The position numbers were made by a program, and so were the translations under genes. A model generated the notes under the pieces. It had not been told where the DNA came from and did not search any database. It saw only the letters and a program-made list of their open reading frames with translations. Of a stretch of DNA of 32,000 nt, positions 1-11,432 are shown one piece after another. Numbering within the stretch: the stretch's first letter is position 1; each line of letters starts with the position of its first letter. The stretch comes from Erysipelotrichaceae bacterium. Lineage in GTDB: Bacteria > Bacillota_I > Bacilli_A > Erysipelotrichales > Erysipelotrichaceae. The DNA lies in contig OY760660.1 of assembly GCA_963663995.1 (NCBI GenBank), positions 1,260,001 through 1,292,000 on the forward strand, written 5' to 3'.

Positions 1-63
1 ATTCTTGTTTTCTTTATTTCAAAAAGTGGACGACTTGATATTGCAATTTAGGTTAATTATATA

Positions 64-1278
64 TTATGTAAAAAAGATATCTTTCTTAAATAGTAAGAAA
101 TCAAGGATATTTATATGTGTTATTCCATCTCTTGTAAAATCAAATTTATCCATACTTAATACAAACTTAGGAGATTGATCTTTGATAGGACTAAAAGCAC
201 CAAATTCTCTATCTATTACTTCATCAGTCGCTAATAAATAGGCGACTTGTATAAAACATTTCTTTGTTCCATTGAATACTACAAAGTCAACCTCACCTTT
301 ATAGGTTTTCCCAACATAACATTGATATCCACGAGATTGTAATTCATTAAATATAATCGTTTCTATAGCTTGCCCAACATCAATATTCTTATTTGGATTA
401 ACAAGTGTTTTTAATCCAAGATCACTTACGTAATATTTATCAATTGCTTGTAGAATTTTATGTCTGTTTAAGTCGTATTTTAGACAAGGTGTTATCGCTT
501 TCGAATCAATACATCTATAAACATAATCATAAACGTCATCTTTTCTAACAGTAGTATCATCATTAAATAAAGTTTTGTAAACATTATTTATAGAAACATT
601 TCGTCCACTTTGATTGAATAAAAATCTAACAATTTTTATGATTAAATTTTTACTGAATTTATCCAAATTAAAAGCAATGTCTTTCATAATTACTGAGTCC
701 ATTACATCTTGTAGATAAGCTTGAATTGAATATGGTTCATCCAATATTAGTCTTTGTGGCAACCCACCCCAGGTCGCATAATCTAAAAAAGAATCTTCGT
801 TTATTTCCTTATCTAACAATTTCATGTAATCTATGTATTCACTATATGAAAACGGCATAATCGTAAAGGAAACATATCTTCCAGCTATATAAGTGGCGTT
901 TTTGCCAGATAATAGTTTTGCATTTGAACCAGTTATAAATATTGAAACATTATATTTATTTTTTAATGATGCGATAACTCTTTCAAAGTCTTCTAATTCC
1001 TGTATTTCATCAATAAATATATACGTCTTGTTTTCATTATTTATTTTAGCTTCTATAAATTCTAAAAAAAGATCAGGGTTCATAATTGAATTGTATTCAT
1101 AGTTTTCAAAATCTATTTCAATCAAAGTTTTATTCAATTGATCTTCATTTAGAATTTCATTTTTTATTTGTTTTAGTAATTCAGATTTCCCAGATCTTCT
1201 TAATCCTATTAGTATTTTAACTAGATCTAAGTGATAGAATGGTCTAATTTTTGATAAATATCTTTCACGTTTCAACAT
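64..1278 (-). CDS. AAA+ ATPase of the AAA_14/DUF4143 type (COG1373-like ATP-binding protein)
   Basis: 404-aa ORF. Walker A-like GLRRSGKSE near the N-terminus and Walker B-like IFIDEIQ. The long C-terminal region is typical of DUF4143 proteins. Confidence 0.8.
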   Translation of the reverse strand: MLKRERYLSKIRPFYHLDLVKILIGLRRSGKSELLKQIKNEILNEDQLNKTLIEIDFENYEYNSIMNPDLFLEFIEAKINNENKTYIFIDEIQELEDFERVIASLKNKYNVSIFITGSNAKLLSGKNATYIAGRYVSFTIMPFSYSEYIDYMKLLDKEINEDSFLDYATWGGLPQRLILDEPYSIQAYLQDVMDSVIMKDIAFNLDKFSKNLIIKIVRFLFNQSGRNVSINNVYKTLFNDDTTVRKDDVYDYVYRCIDSKAITPCLKYDLNRHKILQAIDKYYVSDLGLKTLVNPNKNIDVGQAIETIIFNELQSRGYQCYVGKTYKGEVDFVVFNGTKKCFIQVAYLLATDEVIDREFGAFSPIKDQSPKFVLSMDKFDFTRDGITHINILDFLLFKKDIFFT

Positions 1279-1440
1279 TTCATTAATCCTTTTAATACAT
1301 TATACAACTTATTTTATATCTTTCCACATATTTGGGAATATTTTAAATTATTTATAATTGTTCCAAAATATTATGCAAAATTCCGTTGAACAATACATAG
1401 AATAGTCTTTGTATATTTGGAATATCCTCTAATATTTAGT

Positions 1441-1467
1441 AATCTTTCCCATATATTGGGAAAGATT
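1441..1467. repeat. Perfect inverted repeat AATCTTTCCCA-TATAT-TGGGAAAGATT; a degenerate copy lies at 1318-1339
   Basis: Read directly: 11-bp arms with a 5-nt spacer. It sits in the intergenic region upstream of the minus-strand ATPase gene. The second copy shares ATCTTTCC...TGGGAA. Confidence 0.6.
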
Positions 1468-1490
1468 ATGATTTTTTATATCTTTGTACT

Positions 1491-1512
1491 AAAAAAGACT
1501 CCGAAGAGTCTT
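1491..1512 (-). terminator. Rho-independent terminator of the Fe-ADH gene
   Basis: Minus strand reads AAGACTC-TTCG-GAGTCTT followed by TTTTTT. The stem overlaps the TAA stop codon at 1511-1513. Confidence 0.7.
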
Positions 1513-2674
1513 ATAAACACATTCTATAGATAGCTTCTACATCACCCGCATCTAATGTCATTAGACCATAGATTTTATCACCATCCACAGCCTTCTGTGC
1601 CATTTCTGGGATATGAGTTTCATCAATATCAATTGCAGTGAGTGTCCCCGGTAATTCTAGTTCTATTTCAAAGAAATCAGATAGTTTTTGAATACCAGCT
1701 TTCGCAATCATCATATCGTCACCATTATCTTCAACCCCAAAAACATTGATGGCGAAACGTTTGAAACGATGAACGTTTTCTTCACTTAAGACATAGTTCA
1801 TCCATTTAGGGGTTAGGATTGCTAACCCTAAACCATGAGCAATATCGTAGAAGGCTGATAGTTCATGTTCCATTGAATGACATGACCAACCTGTCGTTTG
1901 TCCATGACGGGTAAAACCATTTAACGCCCAGGTTCCTGAGTACATGAGATTAGCTCTTGCTTCATAGTTTTCAGGTTCTTTTATGGCGATAGGTGCATAC
2001 TTCACAATCGTACGCATAATCCCTTCTTGTACTTCATCCATTAAGGACATGGATTCTAAGCTAAAGTATTGTTCAATTAAATGACTAAACATATCCGCTG
2101 ATCCACTTGCTGTTTGAAACTTAGATACAGTATAAGTATTCTCAGGATTTAAGAATGAAGCTTTAGGTAATAAAGCATCATTTTTCATCCCATACTTTTC
2201 ATGGGTATCCATTTTAGTAAGTACTCCACCAGCATTCATTTCAGATCCAGTCGCACTTAAGGTTAAGATTGTGATAATTGGTAGTGCTCCATTAAATTTA
2301 GCTTTTCCTGTCCATAAATCCCAGACATCACCATCATAGTAAGTACCACCAGCCATCGCTTTAGTCGCATCAATGGTACTACCACCACCAATAGGGAGTA
2401 AAACATCAACCTTATAATCACGTATAAACTTAATGGCTTCATTAACCGTTTCAACACGTGGGTTTGGTTCAATACCACCAAACTCTAACCATTCAAGTCC
2501 TGCATCATCTAAGACTTTCGTTACTTTATCAAATAATCCAATTCTCTTTACTGATCCACCGCCATAGGTAATAAGTACACGTTTACCATACTTTTTTAGT
2601 TCTGTTGGTAAGTGTTTTAACTGATCTTTACCAAAGTAAATCTTACATGTGTTTTGTAGTGTGAAATCATTCAT
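1511..2674 (-). CDS. Iron-containing alcohol dehydrogenase (butanol dehydrogenase/YqhD-like)
   Basis: 387-aa ORF with GGGS motifs (TYGGGSVKR, IGGGSTIDATK) and His-rich metal-site segments (FSHLIEQ, CHSMEHELS) typical of the Fe-ADH family. Confidence 0.9.
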   Translation of the reverse strand: MNDFTLQNTCKIYFGKDQLKHLPTELKKYGKRVLITYGGGSVKRIGLFDKVTKVLDDAGLEWLEFGGIEPNPRVETVNEAIKFIRDYKVDVLLPIGGGSTIDATKAMAGGTYYDGDVWDLWTGKAKFNGALPIITILTLSATGSEMNAGGVLTKMDTHEKYGMKNDALLPKASFLNPENTYTVSKFQTASGSADMFSHLIEQYFSLESMSLMDEVQEGIMRTIVKYAPIAIKEPENYEARANLMYSGTWALNGFTRHGQTTGWSCHSMEHELSAFYDIAHGLGLAILTPKWMNYVLSEENVHRFKRFAINVFGVEDNGDDMMIAKAGIQKLSDFFEIELELPGTLTAIDIDETHIPEMAQKAVDGDKIYGLMTLDAGDVEAIYRMCL

Positions 2675-2758
2675 CTTTTTAATCCTCGCTTATACTTATT
2701 ATACTAATACTTGAAGTATGCTCCAAGTCAAGATTAAAGCCTATAAAAAAATCTTAGC

Positions 2759-3382
2759 TTATGCTAAGACCTTCGTTATAAATCCATCAAAATATTTATA
2801 CATGAGTTGTATGGTATTACCCATTAAGAGTACTGCAATAACTGTTCCTATCCCAATACCAATAATAGATCCTGTAAAGACAAGTGATGTGACAATCGTT
2901 AATGTCACAAAAGTAGAATCAAAGAGTATCTTTACTCTTCCAAACTTTACCTTAAAGACATCACTCATGGTTTTAACAACACCATCAACAGGATTTAAAA
3001 TCATGTCTGATTTAACCGCTAAGAAGACACCTGTCGCAATCGTTAAGATAGCAACTAGTAATAAAGCTAAGCCACCTAATAAACTTGTCATATAAATATT
3101 TAAGTTATTGTTAATCAAATCTAATACAAAACCAAATACTATAGAAAAAGGTATTTGAAGTAATATCTTCATATCTGTTTTACGTACTAAAGCTAATTGA
3201 ACTAGTACCAATACAAGATACATACCCATTGAAGCAATTCCTAAAGATAAACCTGTTATTTGATTAATCGCAAAAGGAAATGAAGCAACTGCAGCTACTC
3301 CTAAACCTGTACGTGTGTTTAACACGATTCCAAATGCGAGTAGTAACATTCCTATAACATATACAACACTGCGTTTAACCAT
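2759..3382 (-). CDS. Polytopic membrane protein, YczE/YitT-like
   Basis: 207-aa ORF, hydrophobic throughout with about 5-6 predicted TM segments. The N-terminus VVYVIGMLLLAFGIVLNTRTGLGV resembles the YczE family. Confidence 0.55.
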   Translation of the reverse strand: MVKRSVVYVIGMLLLAFGIVLNTRTGLGVAAVASFPFAINQITGLSLGIASMGMYLVLVLVQLALVRKTDMKILLQIPFSIVFGFVLDLINNNLNIYMTSLLGGLALLLVAILTIATGVFLAVKSDMILNPVDGVVKTMSDVFKVKFGRVKILFDSTFVTLTIVTSLVFTGSIIGIGIGTVIAVLLMGNTIQLMYKYFDGFITKVLA

Positions 3383-3458
3383 AATGACACCTTCTATCTA
3401 ATTGCTTAGTTAGTTTAACACTATCAAGTTTAATACTCAAAGTTTTTGTACACTTAAA

Positions 3459-3490
3459 GAAAAAGTGATTTCCGTTATGGATGATCACTT
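3459..3490 (-). terminator. Putative Rho-independent terminator after the GH1 gene
   Basis: Minus strand AAGTGAT...ATCACTT arms (7 bp plus an inner TCC/GGA pair) followed by TTTTTCTTT. Confidence 0.5.
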
Positions 3491-3505
3491 AATCTTAATT
3501 ATTGT

Positions 3506-6209
<2,704 letters not shown>

Positions 6210-6261
6210 AATGTATCCCCTTTCTTTTTAAGTTATTTACATTATAAATTTGATATGATAG

Positions 6262-7122
6262 ATGTGCTTATGGATAATTTTCCAATTTTGGAAAGTTCAA
6301 AATATAATAATAGAAAAGCAGGAAAAGTATATCAAAGAGAAGAAAAAATTATATCTACAATTAAGTGAATACATTTTTACTAAAACACATTATGATGTGA
6401 ATTTTGTGATTGCGAAAACAATGATGGAACATATTAATGAGTTTCCAGATATTTCTCTTAAAGAACTTGCTTACTTTGCCAATACATCTGAAGGAAGCAT
6501 TTCAAAATTTTGTAAGGAACTAGGCTTTACTAACTTTAAAGACTTAAGAAGTGAAGAATTTATTTATCAACCGAATCCTTTCTTTGAAGAGTTATCTAAA
6601 GAAATAAAAAATCATTCCATTGATGAAGCATTTATTCATTTTCAAACAAATATCGATAATTATGAAAAACAAGCTATCGACTATCTTGATGAAAGCGTAC
6701 TAGAAAGTGTTTCTAAGAAAGTTAAGTATTCAAAAAACATTGCGATATACACTGGACTTCATGGCTATGCCGCAATGAATCTTTTGCATAATATATTATT
6801 ACCATTCGATATTTTCACTTACCGTATTAATCGAGATTCTGATAACGATGTTATCTCATCAGTCAACTCTAACTCAGAACTTATTATTGTTATATCTTTA
6901 ACTGAAAAATGGATAAATAAGAAAATAGAAAATAATGTCTTTGATGATCAATCATTAAGCAGAACCATTCTTATCACCCATGAACAAGAAACAAAGTATG
7001 CTGATAAATTCATGAGTGTTATTTCGTTTAAAGATACAAAAGACTTTTATTCATCCACCTATATTTCAGACAGAATTTTAAAAGCCTTAGTCATTAAATT
7101 GTTTATATATTTATCCAAATAA
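6262..7122 (+). CDS. RpiR/MurR-family transcriptional regulator (HTH_6 + SIS)
   Basis: HTH segment SLKELAYFANTSEGSISKFCKELGFTNFKDLR followed by a SIS-like region (NIAIYTGLHGYAAMNL). It is divergent from the PTS/GH1 operon. The start codon is uncertain: the HTH lies about 30 aa further in than usual. Confidence 0.75.
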   Translation: MCLWIIFQFWKVQNIIIEKQEKYIKEKKKLYLQLSEYIFTKTHYDVNFVIAKTMMEHINEFPDISLKELAYFANTSEGSISKFCKELGFTNFKDLRSEEFIYQPNPFFEELSKEIKNHSIDEAFIHFQTNIDNYEKQAIDYLDESVLESVSKKVKYSKNIAIYTGLHGYAAMNLLHNILLPFDIFTYRINRDSDNDVISSVNSNSELIIVISLTEKWINKKIENNVFDDQSLSRTILITHEQETKYADKFMSVISFKDTKDFYSSTYISDRILKALVIKLFIYLSK

Positions 7123-7910
7123 ATTAAAAATCCACGGTTTTTCAATCGTGAATTTTCACCCAGCATACACTGGATATCTCGTAAAATATATTCTTTAAAG
7201 AGTTGTTTGAATCGAGGATATTTTGATTTAAAAAAGATAACTCTTTCATTTTGTGCGCACGAGTTTCTAACTTTTCTAATTAGATGCAACATTGATAGTA
7301 AAAGTGAGTAATAATTTTTTACCACTTTTATCTTTTATATTATATAACTCACACAATTCATCCAATAATTGTGGTTTCGATATCTCTACCACAATTATTA
7401 AATCCCCAAATGTTATTAATTTTGTAAATATCCACGCCGTTACTCTTCCATACTTTTTTGAAAAATGAAAATTATACTCATTTGTTGACTTATCAATTGT
7501 ATGAAAATACCTTGAAATTACTCTAATAATGTCTTGAGTATCCTTGTTGGGGTTATAAGCTTGTACGTCATTCCATTCAATCTCTTTTGGATTAACGAAA
7601 TCTAATTTATACCCAACTAAATTTCCAATTTTCTCCTCTATTCTAGTAATAACTTGCAAAAGTGTATTCTCAAATTATCATCAAATAGTTTTAAACTTAC
7701 AAAAGATTCAATACTAATTCCACCAATATAAATATGATCATTATCTAAATATTTTCCTTGTATAAATGGCTCTTTGTATGCATTTACTAAATTAAAATAA
7801 CCATACTTGATAAGAAATTCTTAACGCTTACTACCTTCACATTTTATTTTTTTCTTATCTCTAAGATACTTTATTTGTGTATTGAAATTTTTAAATGGTT
7901 TTTCATTCAT
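7059..7910 (-). pseudogene. Disrupted Abi_2 (AbiD/AbiF-like, HEPN) abortive-infection gene
   Basis: Minus-strand reading from the ATG at 7910 gives MNEKPFKNFNTQIKYLRDKKKIKCEGSKR, then an in-frame TAA (7821-7823), then EFLIKYGYFNLVNAYKEPF...LFDDNLRIHF. Frameshifts near 7655-7665 and 7276-7325 follow. The last fragment carries LIRKVRNSCAQNERV, where the family motif RNxxAH reads RNSCAQ. Confidence 0.75.
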
Positions 7911-7960
7911 ACTGTGCCACCCTTATATATAATTCATATACACTAAATCATGAAAATCCG

Positions 7961-7988
7961 AAAAAAGAATGGCACTTTCGCACCATTC
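7961..7988 (-). terminator. Rho-independent terminator of the esterase gene
   Basis: Minus strand GAATGGTGC-GAAA-GTGCCATTC (9 bp including two G-U pairs, GNRA loop) followed by TTTTTT. Confidence 0.75.
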
Positions 7989-8005
7989 TCATTAATCATT
8001 AAATC

Positions 8006-9688
8006 TTAATTCCAAAGATTTGCATTGCCATAACGTGCATCAAGTTCTGCAGAGAACCAACGTCCGTTCATGACATTAGAAATAACAAATTCTTTTAATC
8101 CTTCAGGAACCGTTGTATCTGCATCCATCGCATCCATGATCGCTTCATAAGATGTAGTATCATCTTTCAATTCGACAATCGCAGAAGTATCATCTGAATC
8201 AAATACCATTGATACTGTGTTATCAACTGTGAATGCATCCCAAGTAGCTAGTTCACCACCATTAGGATCACCAGATACTAAGAAGTTTGTTAAGTACTCA
8301 TTGAATACATCAGACATCGACGTATAACCTTCACCATTGAAGATATCTCCAAAGAAGCCTGAGTAACCATGTGTACTTGTTAACATAGGTACAAAGATAC
8401 CGTGGAATGAATAAACACCCCATCCTGCTAGAGTAGGATCCATATAGTTAGAATCTAAACCAGCATAGTTTACTTGAGCAACATAGATATTAGAATCATA
8501 TTTTTCATCCATTGCTTCAGCACTTAGTTGTGCATTGAAGATACGATACATGTCAGAACCATAGATTGATGCAAATTGTTTAGCAGCTGCGATTTCTTCT
8601 TCTGTATATTCCGCAACGATTGTTTCGTTTGCGTATGATCCATCAAATACATTGAAGAATGTAAATTCTGTATCACCCGTTAACATAAGTACTGGTACAT
8701 CATTATATACAGTAGTATCAAAACCTTCTTCAGGTATTCCAACACCATCTGTATAGAGATGTGGGAATACACTCATACGAATTCCCGCATTTCCCATAAG
8801 AACTGCTAATCTTTCGCCAGATACTGAATATAAGTAATCGGCTGTTTCTTGAGTATCTTCTAGTAAGAATGAAACTGCTGCATCTGTATCAGCCGCAACA
8901 CCATCTTCAACAGCTAGAGGTGCAATAGCTTCAGCTATTTTTTGTGCACTCATGTCTTCATCAGCAAGTGTCATACCACCACTGAATACAATCGCTTTAT
9001 CAAATTTGTCTTCGAATAATGGAGAGATTAACATCGCCATAACATCACGACCACCCGCTGAGAAACCAGAGATTGTAATATTTTCTGGATCTCCACCAAA
9101 TGAAGCAATATTAGCTTTAACCCAATCTAAAGCTTTTGCCATATCTTGTAGTGCATAGTTACTTGTTTCACCTTCATCAACAACTGCCGGTAAAGCATTG
9201 AAACCAAGTAAGCCTAAACGATAGTTAACAGATACAAATACGATATTATCTTTTTGTACTAAATCAAAACCAGGAATTTCTTGTGTGTTACCTGTTTGGT
9301 TATTACCACCATGTAGGTATACAAGAACTGGTAAGTTATCACTACCACCTTCTTGACCATAAACATCTAAGAATAAACTGTCTTCTGTTCCAACTGCTTC
9401 AGTGCCTGATAATTGTAGAGCAACTGCATGTGGAACGGTCGCATCTAGTGTGCCTTCCCAATCGGATGCATCCTCAGGTGCACTCCATCTGAGTTCATCC
9501 ACTGGTGCTGCTGCATATGGAATACCATACCAAGCAATTGATCCATCTTGGACTAAACCTTGTACATCCCCATTTTCAACTGTAACTAAACTACCAAGCA
9601 CAAATGGCACAGCAGGTTCAGATGAACAAGCTGTTAATGAGAAAGACAACATTAAGCTAACAACTAATAATGTTAAGAATTTTTTCAT
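8006..9688 (-). CDS. Secreted lipoprotein, type-B carboxylesterase/lipase family
   Basis: Lipobox signal MKKFLTLLVVSLMLSFSLTAC. Oxyanion region VYLHGGN and nucleophile elbow ISGFSAGG (GxSxG). The protein is very acidic and the gene is visibly more G+C-rich than its neighbours. Confidence 0.85.
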   Translation of the reverse strand: MKKFLTLLVVSLMLSFSLTACSSEPAVPFVLGSLVTVENGDVQGLVQDGSIAWYGIPYAAAPVDELRWSAPEDASDWEGTLDATVPHAVALQLSGTEAVGTEDSLFLDVYGQEGGSDNLPVLVYLHGGNNQTGNTQEIPGFDLVQKDNIVFVSVNYRLGLLGFNALPAVVDEGETSNYALQDMAKALDWVKANIASFGGDPENITISGFSAGGRDVMAMLISPLFEDKFDKAIVFSGGMTLADEDMSAQKIAEAIAPLAVEDGVAADTDAAVSFLLEDTQETADYLYSVSGERLAVLMGNAGIRMSVFPHLYTDGVGIPEEGFDTTVYNDVPVLMLTGDTEFTFFNVFDGSYANETIVAEYTEEEIAAAKQFASIYGSDMYRIFNAQLSAEAMDEKYDSNIYVAQVNYAGLDSNYMDPTLAGWGVYSFHGIFVPMLTSTHGYSGFFGDIFNGEGYTSMSDVFNEYLTNFLVSGDPNGGELATWDAFTVDNTVSMVFDSDDTSAIVELKDDTTSYEAIMDAMDADTTVPEGLKEFVISNVMNGRWFSAELDARYGNANLWN

Positions 9689-9700
9689 GTTTCTTTTACA

Positions 9701-9720
9701 TGCGCATATTTATATGCGCA
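9701..9720. repeat. Perfect palindrome TGCGCATAT-TT-ATATGCGCA in the esterase 5' leader
   Basis: Read directly: 9-bp arms, 12 nt upstream of the esterase ATG, lying between an SD-like AAGGAAGGG (9722-9731) and the start codon. Confidence 0.6.
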
Positions 9721-9823
9721 ATCCCTTCCTTTTTGACCTTAGGTTTAAGAGCTTGTTACTTATCCATAATGACTTCCCTCTAATACAGATAAGCAACACG
9801 TTCTCTATCAACCTAAATATCTG

Positions 9824-9851
9824 AGTTTAATTTACACTTTTATAGTGTCAA
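9824..9851 (-). promoter_or_regulatory. Putative sigma-A promoter of the esterase gene
   Basis: Minus strand TTGACA (9851-9846), a 16-nt spacer, then TAAACT (9829-9824). This predicts a leader of about 125-130 nt. Confidence 0.5.
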
Positions 9852-9852
9852 T

Positions 9853-9875
9853 AAAAAAGTTGAAAAAACTTCAAC
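9853..9875 (-). terminator. Orphan terminator-like hairpin immediately upstream of the esterase promoter
   Basis: Minus strand GTTGAA-GTTTT-TTCAAC followed by TTTTTT. No minus-strand gene ends here. Confidence 0.4.
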
Positions 9876-9920
9876 CTTTGTAATCCCTTTCATGCATGTA
9901 TTGTCGTTTATAATAAGACT

Positions 9921-11375
9921 ATGAAAATCAATCAATTGAGATTAACCTTTACATCGATTGCCTTAACCCTTAGTTGGTTGTTTGCGCTACTAGGTTTAAT
10001 TGTTTATATTCAAAATTTGAATCAATATTTCTTTGTCAGTCGATCACTATTTATATTCCCTAACTTTTTCTGGAACATCTTAGATACATTAAAGATCAGT
10101 ATAGATACGAGTATTCGTTTAATGCTTTGGGGGACAAGTTTCTTTGTCTTTCTCTTCGTTGATTTTACAATTAACTACACCAGCTTTATTAAGAAACAAA
10201 ATCGTTATCTATTAGAACTTGTATTAATAGTATGGTTCGTGTTTGTTTCATTAATTTATGATCCTGTGCTTTATGAAAGAATCTATTATTCCTTTTTATC
10301 TGTAAATAGCACTCATCTAAATTTTGAACAATTCTATAACCTACAAGCCGTTTTTCACTTCACAACGTCGTTTGTCAACATTCTACTTATTTTTGCTTCC
10401 ATCACTATTTTATTAAGATTCTATATTCGTAATCGTAAATATATTTACTTTAATCGGCCATTAAAAAGAACGGTTATTTCATTAATTATTATTGTGATAG
10501 TTTATTTAATGTTATTTACGGGTGCACCATACTTTTTAAAAACAGTATCTCTTTTAAGCCAAACCATTCGTTATCAACGGATTAATTTAGGTGTTTTTGA
10601 TTCACTATATTCATTTATTCCTTATATTATGTTGTTTACTCTATTATTTACCTTTTATATTGTGTTTGATCAAAGACGTTTCGTGATAGAAAATGAAAAT
10701 AAAGATTTAAAGATATTAAGAGATGTCTCAGTGGCTAACTCAAGTTCTCGCATTTTTACCCATTCTGTTAAGAATCAACTGGTGGCGATATTAGCTGATA
10801 CAGAACAATTACTGGAAACTCTAGATAAAAATAACGTTTCTTACAAACTCGCACATTCCATCAAAGAGAGTACTCAACATACCATTCAACATGTTAATGA
10901 TCTAAGACATTTTATGGATAACTTAGTGGTCGAACTCAAACCTACCCACTTAGATGCGTTCATACAATCTTTAAACTTTAATAAACTCTTTAGCAAAGAG
11001 ATAGCCTATATTCCATACTTTGAAAGTGAATCTATATGTTTAATAGATGCTCAGTTAATGCAGGAAGCATTGCTTGTCATTATTAAGAATGCGATCGATG
11101 CGATGAGTCAAAATAAAGGCACCATCAGAATCAATACAAAAGATACCGATAAGTTTGCGATCATTGAAATCTGTGATACGGGATGTGGTATTGATAAAAA
11201 AGATATTGAGAAAATCTTTGATCCGTTCTTTAGTACTAAACCAAGTCGCACAAACTGGGGGGTTGGTTTAACCTTCTCTCAAAAGATTGTGATGGCACAT
11301 CATGGAAGAATACAAGTTGAAAGCAAGTTAAATTCAGGAACATGCTTTAGTATTTATCTTCCAATCATTGAATAG
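9921..11375 (+). CDS. Membrane sensor histidine kinase
   Basis: The N-terminal half has multiple TM segments. H-box FTHSVKNQL, N-box IIKNAIDA, G1 DTGCGI and G2 GVGL are present (HATPase_c). Confidence 0.85.
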   Translation: MKINQLRLTFTSIALTLSWLFALLGLIVYIQNLNQYFFVSRSLFIFPNFFWNILDTLKISIDTSIRLMLWGTSFFVFLFVDFTINYTSFIKKQNRYLLELVLIVWFVFVSLIYDPVLYERIYYSFLSVNSTHLNFEQFYNLQAVFHFTTSFVNILLIFASITILLRFYIRNRKYIYFNRPLKRTVISLIIIVIVYLMLFTGAPYFLKTVSLLSQTIRYQRINLGVFDSLYSFIPYIMLFTLLFTFYIVFDQRRFVIENENKDLKILRDVSVANSSSRIFTHSVKNQLVAILADTEQLLETLDKNNVSYKLAHSIKESTQHTIQHVNDLRHFMDNLVVELKPTHLDAFIQSLNFNKLFSKEIAYIPYFESESICLIDAQLMQEALLVIIKNAIDAMSQNKGTIRINTKDTDKFAIIEICDTGCGIDKKDIEKIFDPFFSTKPSRTNWGVGLTFSQKIVMAHHGRIQVESKLNSGTCFSIYLPIIE

Positions 11376-11432
11376 GGTTGATGTTTTTTCAACCCAAAAA
11401 AGTTTGTATTTCAAACGATAATAAAGGTGACT

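Noticed and set aside
893-1102. Short ORFs from the track lying antisense inside longer, well-supported genes. Examples: 893-1102, 2263-2481, 2718-3095, 5149-5406, 8952-9158, 9283-9492, 11695-11889, 13895-14077, 17638-17847, 21288-21503, 21530-21730, 23621-23836, 26301-26495, 28485-28736, 28807-28989, 29142-29336, 29479-29790, 30485-30682, 30867-31184, 31126-31374, 31573-31773.
   Set aside because: Each is fully or mostly embedded in or opposite a longer ORF with clear family motifs. They have no SD sequences and low-complexity translations, so they look like shadow ORFs.
7276-7659. The 127-aa and 88-aa ORFs (7276-7659 and 7059-7325) considered as independent genes.
   Set aside because: They are consecutive fragments of one Abi_2-like reading frame interrupted by frameshifts. 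They are annotated together as a pseudogene.
9402-9824. 140-aa plus-strand ORF spanning the esterase 5' end and its leader.
   Set aside because: It is antisense to the esterase signal-peptide region and runs through the promoter and palindrome. It has a Ser/Ala-rich shadow-frame composition and no RBS.
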